From IMG/VR virus record IMGVR_UViG_3300029955_000001: 64,000 nt of DNA; one strand, written 5' to 3'. This DNA is from a virus. Taxonomy: Duplodnaviria; Caudoviricetes. The notes beneath the pieces were generated by a model. That model did no database searches, was not told the origin of the DNA, and saw only the letters and a list, made by a program, of their open reading frames with translations. Shown here in pieces: positions 9,418 to 17,377 of the stretch (positions within the stretch are counted from its first letter, which is position 1; every line of letters starts with the position of its first letter). The position numbers were made by a program, and so were the translations under genes.

Positions 9418-9873
9418 TTACGTGGCATCTTTATCAAGCGTAAGGTTAACTTGCATGCGTGGTTGACCTGCTGGGCGTTGTTGTTTTAAATCTTCAATGC
9501 AATACAAAGAGTCTGGGTCTAACATCCCCATTATGTTTGTCCGTTTGAAAGCAGGTACTTTAATCACATACCAACATAGTGGACACCATGCTAGATTTAT
9601 ACCTACTTGACTCAGACGATCTGTTACGAGTCCGTAGTATTTACGAATAACCGGTTTTTGCATTGCCTCAGTGAATTTCAGACTAATTTCTGGTCCTAAA
9701 ATGTGAGCCATAGCATCACGGTCAACTGGTATAAAATATCCATACGGATTACCAGACCCTACTACTTTTGGCGTATCGTTCCGATTGCAAATAGCAACAA
9801 TCATATCTGTTGCCTTAGTTACGCTATATGGGAACGAATGCTTTTCTTCATTGACAAAATTATACACAGTCAT
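9418..9873 (-). CDS. Hypothetical protein
   Basis: 151-aa ORF with AAGGAG SD. Confidence 0.7.
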   Translation of the reverse strand: MTVYNFVNEEKHSFPYSVTKATDMIVAICNRNDTPKVVGSGNPYGYFIPVDRDAMAHILGPEISLKFTEAMQKPVIRKYYGLVTDRLSQVGINLAWCPLCWYVIKVPAFKRTNIMGMLDPDSLYCIEDLKQQRPAGQPRMQVNLTLDKDAT

Positions 9874-9970
9874 TTGTTACTCCTTACAAGTTTAATATAA
9901 CATTAGCACTATGCGTAACATGCTAACTCTCCCTACATTCCCTCCCAGTATTAATGAGAGGGAATTCCTT

Positions 9971-10489
9971 TTAAAGAATACCGAGTTTCTTGTAGAGTGC
10001 GTATTCTTTAATTACCGGCATGAATTTCAGAATCCACTGAAAGAAAAGAAGAATTGCTAAAGAGTTTGCTCTCTTCACGCGACCTTCTTCCGTATTCGTG
10101 AAATCGAAACTACACTTACCTTTCAAATTCCCAGTGGAAATCCCTGCAATATAAAACGGAACAGGGTTAGATACGTAAGACGATTCTCCGTCTCCAGCAA
10201 AGTATAAACTATGCTCGCTAAGAATACCTGATGAGTTAGAGAAAATCTTTGGCGTAATAACACCACTTTTTATTTTTTCTTGAAGGACATAGAAAAGTTT
10301 CTGATCTTCATTGAAAGTAGAAAAGCCAACTGATTGGCTTCTAACAAAGAAATCAGCATCGATACCGTACGATTTATTGAGTGGTAACTTTGCATACGAT
10401 CCTGCATATACGGGATCATCGAATACTATTCCGTTAAACAAACAAAAATCTCTAACCTGATCGATAGCTACTGTGGGAAGGTGTTTCAT
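9971..10489 (-). CDS. Hypothetical protein
   Basis: 172-aa ORF with AAGGA SD. Confidence 0.7.
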   Translation of the reverse strand: MKHLPTVAIDQVRDFCLFNGIVFDDPVYAGSYAKLPLNKSYGIDADFFVRSQSVGFSTFNEDQKLFYVLQEKIKSGVITPKIFSNSSGILSEHSLYFAGDGESSYVSNPVPFYIAGISTGNLKGKCSFDFTNTEEGRVKRANSLAILLFFQWILKFMPVIKEYALYKKLGIL

Positions 10490-10602
10490 AATAGTCGTTC
10501 CTTTAGACTATTTTAATAAACCCGATTGCCTATGCGCTCGGATGTTAGTCGCTGAAAGCACTAACATGAATCCCTCCTCATTAGAAGAGGGCATCATCTT
10601 AA

Positions 10603-10839
10603 TTACTTTGCGTTATTAGTGATGTAATCAATAACGTCTTGCACTGTAATGAACTTTTCTGCTGCTTCGTCAGGTATTTCTAATTCAAATTCATCTTCCA
10701 AAGCCATAACAAGTTCAACAGCATCCAGCGAGTCCATACCAAGATCATCGTCGAACTTCGTAGTTGTTGTAACGTTTTGTTCTAACGAATCAAATTGATC
10801 AGAAACAATTTTCTGAATACGACTTTCAACATTTTTCAT
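10603..10839 (-). CDS. acpP: Acyl carrier protein
   Basis: DDLGMDSLDAVELVMALEDEFELEIPDEAAEKFITVQDVIDYI: canonical ACP with the intact DSL serine. Confidence 0.95.
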   Translation of the reverse strand: MKNVESRIQKIVSDQFDSLEQNVTTTTKFDDDLGMDSLDAVELVMALEDEFELEIPDEAAEKFITVQDVIDYITNNAK

Positions 10840-10856
10840 GTAATCCTCACTGAGAT

Positions 10857-11162
10857 TTAGTCTTTGTCATATATTGCGCGGTTTATGATTTTTCTCTCTT
10901 TGTAATTATCAACTGGCATAAAGTCACTAGTGACAACATAAATATTTACGTATATATTAAATGTGTTACGAGCAAAGTCACTGGCGATACTCCATGCTGC
11001 TTTTTCATCCGGAATAAGTTCTTCTCCAGCCCGACTATCCGGGAAATAGTCAGTTGTTGCTACCAATCCGTCTAGCTTTTCGAAATGAACCATAAAGCCA
11101 GGTTTAATTGGTTTTGCACGACCGCCGCTATTAATTATTTTTAACGCCTCTTCCATTTTCAT
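10857..11162 (-). CDS. Conserved phage hypothetical protein (start moved to ATG 11162)
   Basis: AAGGAGAGCGAT-ATG at 11162; GFMVHFE..DYFP..NIYVV motif. Confidence 0.7.
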   Translation of the reverse strand: MKMEEALKIINSGGRAKPIKPGFMVHFEKLDGLVATTDYFPDSRAGEELIPDEKAAWSIASDFARNTFNIYVNIYVVTSDFMPVDNYKERKIINRAIYDKD

Positions 11163-11199
11163 ATCGCTCTCCTTGAGTAACTCAGTAACTATCAAGTTA

Positions 11200-11210
11200 G
11201 TGATATATTA
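11200..11210 (-). promoter_or_regulatory. Putative phage early promoter core TAATATATCAC
   Basis: Identical to 178-188; lies between the arms of inverted repeat AACTCAGTAA/TTACTGAGTT. Confidence 0.45.
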
Positions 11211-11230
11211 CTGAGTTATTTTAGATTTAA

Positions 11231-12205
11231 TTATGCTGACATTGGAGCGTCAATTCTAGCGAGATGTTGGTAATCTTGCAATACAATATCATCAGGTTTA
11301 ATACGTGTGAATGCGCCTTTTATATCATCTAGATTTATAATTGGTTTGACATTATCAGACAATAATACTTTCGGCAATGAAAGATGTTCACGCTTTAGTA
11401 ACTCTTCAGCTTGTTCGAAATGATCCTCGTAAAGATGACAGTTTGCAGCTTGCATTGTGATTGTGCCTGGTGCAAAGCCACTTAAACGCGCCATGATTAG
11501 TAGCTGTAGAGCGGTTGTTGCTATGTTTGTCGGCGCGCCTAAAAATCCATCCATTGAACGGATTGTCATAACAAGATGTAACACTTTTGGATTTTCTAAA
11601 GCTATATAGCGATAATCCATGTGGCACGCCGGGAGTGCTTGTAAATCAATCTCAGCAGGATTCCACGCAGTGATAATCATACGGCGATCAGATGGATTCG
11701 TTAACAATGTACGCAGTACGTTTTCAAGCTGATTAATTTCACGTTCAAATAGAAATAAACCCCTGCTGGAGTCATACATAGCGACCGAGTAACCTAATTC
11801 ACTTAAACGATCAAATTCTTTTCCATCTGAACTATTAATAACACGTCGATCTTTCCACGCTGTCCATTGAACACCGTAACAACGACCGATATCATCTTCT
11901 CCCTTACGATGTGGGTTATCTAACCACGCTTTCGTTTCATTAGCGTTTTGGTTCCATAGATTACATCCCATATTACGAAAATCAACAGCATTATCGTACC
12001 CGCGAAAGAAGCTTAATAACTCTCCTTTAATGCCGTTAAAAAACAACTTACGTGTTGTTAGTAGAGGAAAGAATTCACTAACATCATATTGCAATTGATA
12101 ACCGAGCAATACGCGGCATAGCTTACCAGTGCGCTCATTAAATTGTTCGATAGGACTATTTAAAGTTGCTCTAATCATATCGTGATAGTTTTGCATGTTA
12201 CTCAT
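11231..12205 (-). CDS. thyA: Thymidylate synthase
   Basis: FFPLLTTRKL, GRCYGVQW, RRMIITAWNP, ALPACH (catalytic Cys), RSMDGFLGAPTNIA (Asn retained), HLYEDH. Confidence 0.97.
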   Translation of the reverse strand: MSNMQNYHDMIRATLNSPIEQFNERTGKLCRVLLGYQLQYDVSEFFPLLTTRKLFFNGIKGELLSFFRGYDNAVDFRNMGCNLWNQNANETKAWLDNPHRKGEDDIGRCYGVQWTAWKDRRVINSSDGKEFDRLSELGYSVAMYDSSRGLFLFEREINQLENVLRTLLTNPSDRRMIITAWNPAEIDLQALPACHMDYRYIALENPKVLHLVMTIRSMDGFLGAPTNIATTALQLLIMARLSGFAPGTITMQAANCHLYEDHFEQAEELLKREHLSLPKVLLSDNVKPIINLDDIKGAFTRIKPDDIVLQDYQHLARIDAPMSA

Positions 12206-12217
12206 AATGATTTCCTT

Positions 12218-12481
12218 TTAGTGCATGTGCGCTATGTTTGGTTTATTTAATAGGTCTACAGCGTTAGTAATTGCTTGTTTAATATCGGCTCGTTCAATAT
12301 CAACATTAAACACTATTGCCCTGTCCATAATGTTTTTTTCATAATGACGATGTTGCGCTATGAGAGCTATGTATTGTTGCTCGCGTTCGCCTGTAACACC
12401 CGTGCTTTTAATAGCTTTACAGAACTCACAATCGCAATAATTTTCTGAACTATCAATATTACTAGTTGAATCAGTTTTCAT
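12218..12481 (-). CDS. Hypothetical protein with a CDCEFC motif
   Basis: 87-aa ORF with GGAGG SD. Confidence 0.6.
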   Translation of the reverse strand: MKTDSTSNIDSSENYCDCEFCKAIKSTGVTGEREQQYIALIAQHRHYEKNIMDRAIVFNVDIERADIKQAITNAVDLLNKPNIAHMH

Positions 12482-12482
12482 A

Positions 12483-12653
12483 TTACCTCCGTTGAGTTTT
12501 TTTCATTTCCGAAACAAGTTCCTCATAGTTTTTTCTTTGAGCTTCTCGTAACTTTGCATCTCTATTTGATTTCCATACCCTATAAAGAACAATGAAGCAT
12601 GCGGATAATGATCCTAATACTAAAATCAAAATAATAATCAAAAATATACTCAC
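12483..12653 (-). CDS. Small membrane protein (56 aa)
   Basis: Manual translation from GTG: MSIFLIIILILVLGSLSACFIVLYRVWK...; AAGGA SD; stop overlaps the next SD. Confidence 0.6.
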   Translation of the reverse strand: MSIFLIIILILVLGSLSACFIVLYRVWKSNRDAKLREAQRKNYEELVSEMKKTQRR

Positions 12654-12687
12654 GCTTTATCCTTTTCAAGTTATTTAGAAATCACTA

Positions 12688-13068
12688 CTATTTTATTTTC
12701 TCAGACCTGATTACTTTAGCGCATTCATCTGACGTCATGTTGCCTTCAAATTCTTTACCTGTTGCATCGTATCCAGGTGGTCGAAAAACTGTATTCTCAC
12801 AAAGTCGTGCAGCAAACTCTAGAGTAAGATTAACTATAGCTGCGTTGTTAATACTTAGCTCTCTTGTTTTGCTTATGTAATTACGAAGAAATGTTGCCGG
12901 TGATGTCTTATCCGGCATAAGGAATTTATTTTCTAGATTATTTAGCGCTATTCTTGCATCGTTTATTTCTTTATCAGTGAAAGATACTATTGGCAGCACA
13001 TTTGCGATTGTGACAGGCTCAGGTCCGTATATCGCTTTCATTGTTTCTGGACCATATTTTTCATTCAT
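12688..13068 (-). CDS. Hypothetical protein
   Basis: 126-aa ORF. Confidence 0.65.
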   Translation of the reverse strand: MNEKYGPETMKAIYGPEPVTIANVLPIVSFTDKEINDARIALNNLENKFLMPDKTSPATFLRNYISKTRELSINNAAIVNLTLEFAARLCENTVFRPPGYDATGKEFEGNMTSDECAKVIRSEKIK

Positions 13069-13077
13069 AATTTTTCC

Positions 13078-13452
13078 TTAATGAACGGTTTCATCAGGTG
13101 AAACTAATCCAGCGATATGAACATTTGTGTCTTTTCCTTTTGTTGCAAGAGCAATGGCATCGAATAACGAACCAAACATTAATTCAAGACGAGCATCTTC
13201 ATTAGAATCAACAAACAATTGACGTTTCTCCAGTGGCCAAAGAAGACTTGGTTCGCAACATGAGAAGTCTGGGCAACATTCATTTTTAAAATGATTATGT
13301 TTTGGTTCACCAGCTAACCACGATTCTTCCTGCGCTTTCAACGAGGCTCTGTACGGGACAGCGTACTCTTCTTTCATAATCCATTCTGACCCATCTTCAG
13401 ATTGGTAATGTGTTACTTCGATAGGCAAGTCAACCATTGTAGTAATTGTCAT
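13078..13452 (-). CDS. Conserved phage protein with an ECCPDFSCC motif
   Basis: 124-aa ORF with the Cys cluster HNHFKNECCPDFSCCEP. Confidence 0.7.
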   Translation of the reverse strand: MTITTMVDLPIEVTHYQSEDGSEWIMKEEYAVPYRASLKAQEESWLAGEPKHNHFKNECCPDFSCCEPSLLWPLEKRQLFVDSNEDARLELMFGSLFDAIALATKGKDTNVHIAGLVSPDETVH

Positions 13453-13463
13453 TTTTAATTTCC

Positions 13464-13952
13464 TTAAGGAGTTTGAAAACCTGTGTCAACATGAACAAAG
13501 CTTGTCGGCATTCCGCGCAGAGTATGATGCTGAAGACTCGATATTGGTACTTGATGCTCGCTTACAATCTGTGTATTTATTTTCGGAGTGTTAATCTCTT
13601 TCCATCTACGTGAAAATTCTTTTTCTATTTTAGATACTTCTTCATTATACCCCGCCATCACTTTCTTACCGTCTGGTGTGCGGCGTTGTTGACGATTTAG
13701 TCGATCTATACCGAAATGATTTCGCACTGCTTCCATACTAGCATTACGCCCACATTCCAAGATTAAGTTGTTATATTCCCTATCTTTTTTATCAGATTCA
13801 GTTTCGAATACTAAGCGTTGGGATAGCGGGTTGTTTTTAATCTTGCTATTATAGTGTTGATATTCACTTTCGCCACGAGCGCCGTAGTTGTGTTTCAGAT
13901 TATTTTTTGTCGCTGGTGGGAGACGCATTTGTTGTTGGTTGTTCTCGGTCAT
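13464..13952 (-). CDS. Hypothetical protein
   Basis: 162-aa ORF overlapping the upstream ORF by 53 nt. Confidence 0.6.
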   Translation of the reverse strand: MTENNQQQMRLPPATKNNLKHNYGARGESEYQHYNSKIKNNPLSQRLVFETESDKKDREYNNLILECGRNASMEAVRNHFGIDRLNRQQRRTPDGKKVMAGYNEEVSKIEKEFSRRWKEINTPKINTQIVSEHQVPISSLQHHTLRGMPTSFVHVDTGFQTP

Positions 13953-14226
13953 GACTAAACCCTATCGGTATACGTTGTAAAATTGGAAGAGATACTATCG
14001 GCATTAATGGTTGAACTTGTAGTTCAGATACAATAGTTTTATTACAAGATTCAATTTTCTGAAACCCTATAGATTCTAACCATTCAGAAAATCTGTTACT
14101 TCTCTGTTTTAATTCTTCTTTTTGTTCATCAGGTAAAGCAAGCCAAGCTTCGTAATCTTTACGCTCCTCTTCCGCACGTGCTTCAGCTTGTTCTGGTGTT
14201 TCCCAGTCTCTTTGATCCATTGTCAT
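13900..14226 (-). CDS. Hypothetical protein
   Basis: 108-aa ORF with AAGGA SD and a charged helical N-terminus. Confidence 0.6.
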   Translation of the reverse strand: MTMDQRDWETPEQAEARAEEERKDYEAWLALPDEQKEELKQRSNRFSEWLESIGFQKIESCNKTIVSELQVQPLMPIVSLPILQRIPIGFSHDREQPTTNASPTSDKK

Positions 14227-14241
14227 AATTATTTCCTTTTT

Positions 14242-14280
14242 AGAAATAGCAATCTATCGTAGTGGTAGATTGCTATTTCT
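14242..14280 (-). terminator. Hairpin, 15-bp perfect stem
   Basis: AGAAATAGCAATCTA...TAGATTGCTATTTCT immediately after the stop at 14283. Confidence 0.7.
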
Positions 14281-14282
14281 AA

Positions 14283-15050
14283 TTAAATGTTATTAATTCT
14301 TGTTTGTTCAATATCTTTATTAATACTGTCAATAAATGCTGCGCGTATACTTGGATCAGCGCTTGCTGTATTTATTTTATTGAGAACTTGTTGTGCGTCG
14401 TCATCAATGGTTTGACTTTGTAATATTTCCCCATGAAAAACAATTTCGTAATTCAACGGGCTAGTTAAATTCATACCCATATCTCTAACTGCTTCGCTGC
14501 TTGGAAAACGTTTTGGAAACACATCCTTAACTAACCATGCACTTTGAATTACAGTGTGTGTTGGGTCAGGTTCAAATAAGATAACATCGAACGTGTAATT
14601 TAACTTACGAGCTTTGTCGTAATCTATAAGTTGTGCTATAGACATTTTACAAGCCGCAATAGCCCGTTCATTGCAAATTTGCTGATAGTGTCTACCCCAT
14701 ACTTGGAAAAAAGCATCTACTGGTTTTCCATACTTTTCACCAATGAGAATTTTTAATTCTTTTTTATCTGGAATAAACTGATGATTTAAAGTTGTTGTGT
14801 ATCCGTTATTAATACCGAATATTTTTAATGGATGAAGTTCGAATAACGCACGAGCTGTGGCATTAAAAGTTTTATCTTCTGAACGAATATCGGCAGATTC
14901 TACATATTCAGATTCGCCAAAGCGTGGTGGGTTATTTATAAACCGTGTTACAACAGCGCAAACATTACGTTTAAAATGCGCTCGGTTACTAACCCAGGTA
15001 TCTAATTTATCAATGTTGTCGAAATCTTTAGGATCATTATTAATGTTCAT
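14283..15050 (-). CDS. phiKZ-type tail-tube-like paralog (start moved to ATG 15050)
   Basis: EKYGKPV..FFQVW, LFEPDPTHTVIQSAWLVKDVFPK, A Q.VLNKIN...ADPSIRAAFI resemble phiKZ gp30-type tube motifs (recalled, not searched). Confidence 0.55.
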   Translation of the reverse strand: MNINNDPKDFDNIDKLDTWVSNRAHFKRNVCAVVTRFINNPPRFGESEYVESADIRSEDKTFNATARALFELHPLKIFGINNGYTTTLNHQFIPDKKELKILIGEKYGKPVDAFFQVWGRHYQQICNERAIAACKMSIAQLIDYDKARKLNYTFDVILFEPDPTHTVIQSAWLVKDVFPKRFPSSEAVRDMGMNLTSPLNYEIVFHGEILQSQTIDDDAQQVLNKINTASADPSIRAAFIDSINKDIEQTRINNI

Positions 15051-15051
15051 G

Positions 15052-16098
15052 CTATTCTTTCGCCAATGGATTGTTGGGGACAAATACTTCATCTACCCAT
15101 TTTTCAATTTGTTTCTCTACATCGCCTATAGATTGCATAGCGTCAATTTCAACCATGCGGTGCGATTTAACTCGTAAGCGCGCTAAATAACCGGCGTGTA
15201 CCCGTTCTTTAAAAGCAGTTTCTTCCGTATCAAAATGATTAATGTCCGTATTACGAGCAGTTAACCGTTTAATGCTTTCTTCTAAGGTAATATTAAAAAA
15301 TAGCGTATAATCTGGTTCAAAAATATCACATACTAATTTTTCCAGTGTTGACACAACATCATGTAACCCACGACCATATCCTTGATACGCGCTAGTGCTA
15401 TCCGTAAAACGGTCAGAAATAACTATTTTACCATCTGCGATGGCTGGTTTTATCAACGTATCTAAATGATCAGATCTAGCCGCAGCAAAAAGTAAAGCTT
15501 CTGTTTTAGGACACATCTTTTCACTGAGAAGTAGACCTCTTATTTTTTCAGCTAACGGACTACCACCAGGTTCACGTGTCTGGATAACATCGTATCCTTT
15601 TTCTCTAAGGTAATTTACTAAGAACTTTGTCATTGTAGATTTACCAGCGCCATCAATTCCTTCCACGCTGACCATCCGACCCTTCGACATAATTTTTGAT
15701 TCTTGTTTATGTGTAAAACCGAAAGCACATATACAATCTTCAGCCATTGTCATCAGCGGGAAACAACCGAAGTAAACAACATTACCATATTCAATATCGA
15801 TTGAATAGAAACTCGGGTCACCATTAATTAAACCAATTGATTTAGATTTTGTATTTGGGTCCATTATCAGTGTTCTGATCCACTTAGATAATAGCGCATT
15901 AAAAACATGAAAACGTAATCCATCTACTTTTATATTAATGCGCCTGCAATCAGAAACACTTTCTTCGATACTTAAAAGATAAAATGGCATACTAATCATT
16001 TCTATTTGTACAGATAGTAATTCTTGATCTTCGTCTGATTTATCAAAAGCACTAGGGTAACGTTTAATTTTAACTACGTTCATGATTGGATCTTTCAA
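15052..16098 (-). CDS. tmk: Thymidylate kinase with a ~135-aa N-terminal extension
   Basis: VSVEGIDGAGKST P-loop, TREPGG, LLFAAARSDH, ISDRFTDSTSAYQG, PDYTLFF. Confidence 0.93.
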   Translation of the reverse strand: MKDPIMNVVKIKRYPSAFDKSDEDQELLSVQIEMISMPFYLLSIEESVSDCRRINIKVDGLRFHVFNALLSKWIRTLIMDPNTKSKSIGLINGDPSFYSIDIEYGNVVYFGCFPLMTMAEDCICAFGFTHKQESKIMSKGRMVSVEGIDGAGKSTMTKFLVNYLREKGYDVIQTREPGGSPLAEKIRGLLLSEKMCPKTEALLFAAARSDHLDTLIKPAIADGKIVISDRFTDSTSAYQGYGRGLHDVVSTLEKLVCDIFEPDYTLFFNITLEESIKRLTARNTDINHFDTEETAFKERVHAGYLARLRVKSHRMVEIDAMQSIGDVEKQIEKWVDEVFVPNNPLAKE

Positions 16099-16136
16099 AT
16101 TAGTTAACTGCTGCTGCGCTACAGTCTACCACACTA

Positions 16137-16146
16137 GTGATATATA
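16137..16146 (-). promoter_or_regulatory. Putative early promoter core TATATATCAC
   Basis: Variant of the 178 and 11200 motif, upstream of tmk. Confidence 0.4.
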
Positions 16147-16220
16147 GCTAAAATAAATTGGAATAGCAAAAAAAAACTACTCCGGGAACATCAGAGTAGT
16201 TTATAGTTTAACACACAACG

Positions 16221-16550
16221 CTATATGCGCTGTATCAGTACCGGTCTAATCTTCCCTGCTTTAAATACAATACGTTTACCTTCAATCACAATTTCCAAAT
16301 TCTTTGGAAAGAATCCCATCCTATTAAGCTGGTTAAAAATAGAATTGATGGTAAACATATTAGCGCGTCTCAACACATCCGGTCTATCGACAATGAATGG
16401 GTATGGTACAATCCCGCCCATCGGGCATTGTACCCACGCAATTCCGTGTCGTTTGCCTTTACCGATATCTTTGCTAATTCCAATACGAACATTCAGTGTA
16501 AAGAAATCAAAGAAAATATAAAGAAGACTTTCGATAAAGTTTAATTGCAT
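16221..16550 (-). CDS. Hypothetical protein
   Basis: 109-aa ORF with AGGAG SD. Confidence 0.65.
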   Translation of the reverse strand: MQLNFIESLLYIFFDFFTLNVRIGISKDIGKGKRHGIAWVQCPMGGIVPYPFIVDRPDVLRRANMFTINSIFNQLNRMGFFPKNLEIVIEGKRIVFKAGKIRPVLIQRI

Positions 16551-16569
16551 GGTGATTCTCCTGTTGACT

Positions 16570-17079
16570 TTAACCGACTTTCTTTATCTTTTCGTCTCGA
16601 GTCCAAACTGATGACATTGGTCCCGCTGTTGCTGGGACTTTCACGTTTGGGAGTTCATTTACTTTATCGGCATTGATGACCGGTAGTGAAGTCCTTACGC
16701 TGACCGCGTCTGTAGTAAGATCATTAATAACTGGAAGAGTATTTACAATTTCGTTATCCTTTCCATAAGTCACTAACGCGTGCGGGATATAGCCTTGCTC
16801 CTTTGCTGCTTCCCATAAAAACACGAATGTGAATAGATCGAGTTTCGGCGGTGTGGTTAAACCGACAAACACAAAACGAATGTTTGTTTCTTTTAGTTCT
16901 TGTTTATGATGACTGGCGTTGAGTGTCCCGTGTTCTCCAAAGAAGTTTGCTTCCTTGTGAAAGCGTACTTCCAATTCGTGAAACACTTGCCTACGCTGTA
17001 CTTTCTTAATTAAGAAAGCCCCGATAAAAGAAGCAATTGCCAGCATGGCAAGAATGCCGTACATTATGTTTGTATTCAT
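16570..17079 (-). CDS. Membrane-anchored hypothetical protein
   Basis: N-terminal TM helix IMYGILAMLAIASFIGAFLI followed by basic residues. Confidence 0.7.
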   Translation of the reverse strand: MNTNIMYGILAMLAIASFIGAFLIKKVQRRQVFHELEVRFHKEANFFGEHGTLNASHHKQELKETNIRFVFVGLTTPPKLDLFTFVFLWEAAKEQGYIPHALVTYGKDNEIVNTLPVINDLTTDAVSVRTSLPVINADKVNELPNVKVPATAGPMSSVWTRDEKIKKVG

Positions 17080-17096
17080 TTTTTATTTCTCCTAAG

Positions 17097-17219
17097 TTAT
17101 TTTAAAATCACATGTTCAGTTTGATTACTAGATGCTTCAATAGGGGCCATAAAACCACCTATAGAAAGCAAAGCAAACAAACCAAGTAATTTCAACAAAT
17201 CCAAAATCTTTGTTTTCAT
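17097..17219 (-). CDS. Small hydrophobic peptide (40 aa, MKTKILDLLKLLGLFALLSIGGFMAPIEA...)
   Basis: Manual translation; CGGAGAGTATA-ATG; lies just downstream of the repeat promoter at 17251. Confidence 0.5.
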   Translation of the reverse strand: MKTKILDLLKLLGLFALLSIGGFMAPIEASSNQTEHVILK

Positions 17220-17250
17220 TATACTCTCCGTAAATGGACAAGATTGTTTT

Positions 17251-17290
17251 AATCTCACTTGTAGGATATATGTCTCAAATTTTCTGGGTT
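17251..17290 (-). promoter_or_regulatory. Diverged copy of the 40-nt repeated promoter-like element
   Basis: AATCTCAC-ttgtag-GATATATGTCTCAAATTTTCTGG aligns without gaps to 26717 and 58250. Confidence 0.55.
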
Positions 17291-17333
17291 ACTAAAACAT
17301 ATAGCGATTTGATATTTTTTGAACAATCGGGCA

Positions 17334-17367
17334 TAAAACCAGAGCGATTCAGTAAGCTCTGGTTTTA
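17334..17367 (-). terminator. Terminator of the porin operon
   Basis: TAAAACCAGAGC...GCTCTGGTTTTA stem; minus-strand tail TTTTATGCCCG. Confidence 0.75.
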
Positions 17368-17377
17368 TATTTTTTAA

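Noticed and set aside
11231-12205. thyA as a DNA-modifying dCMP/dUMP hydroxymethylase
   Set aside because: It retains the TS-type Asn (GAPTNIA) and lies near tmk; no other base-modification genes are in the window
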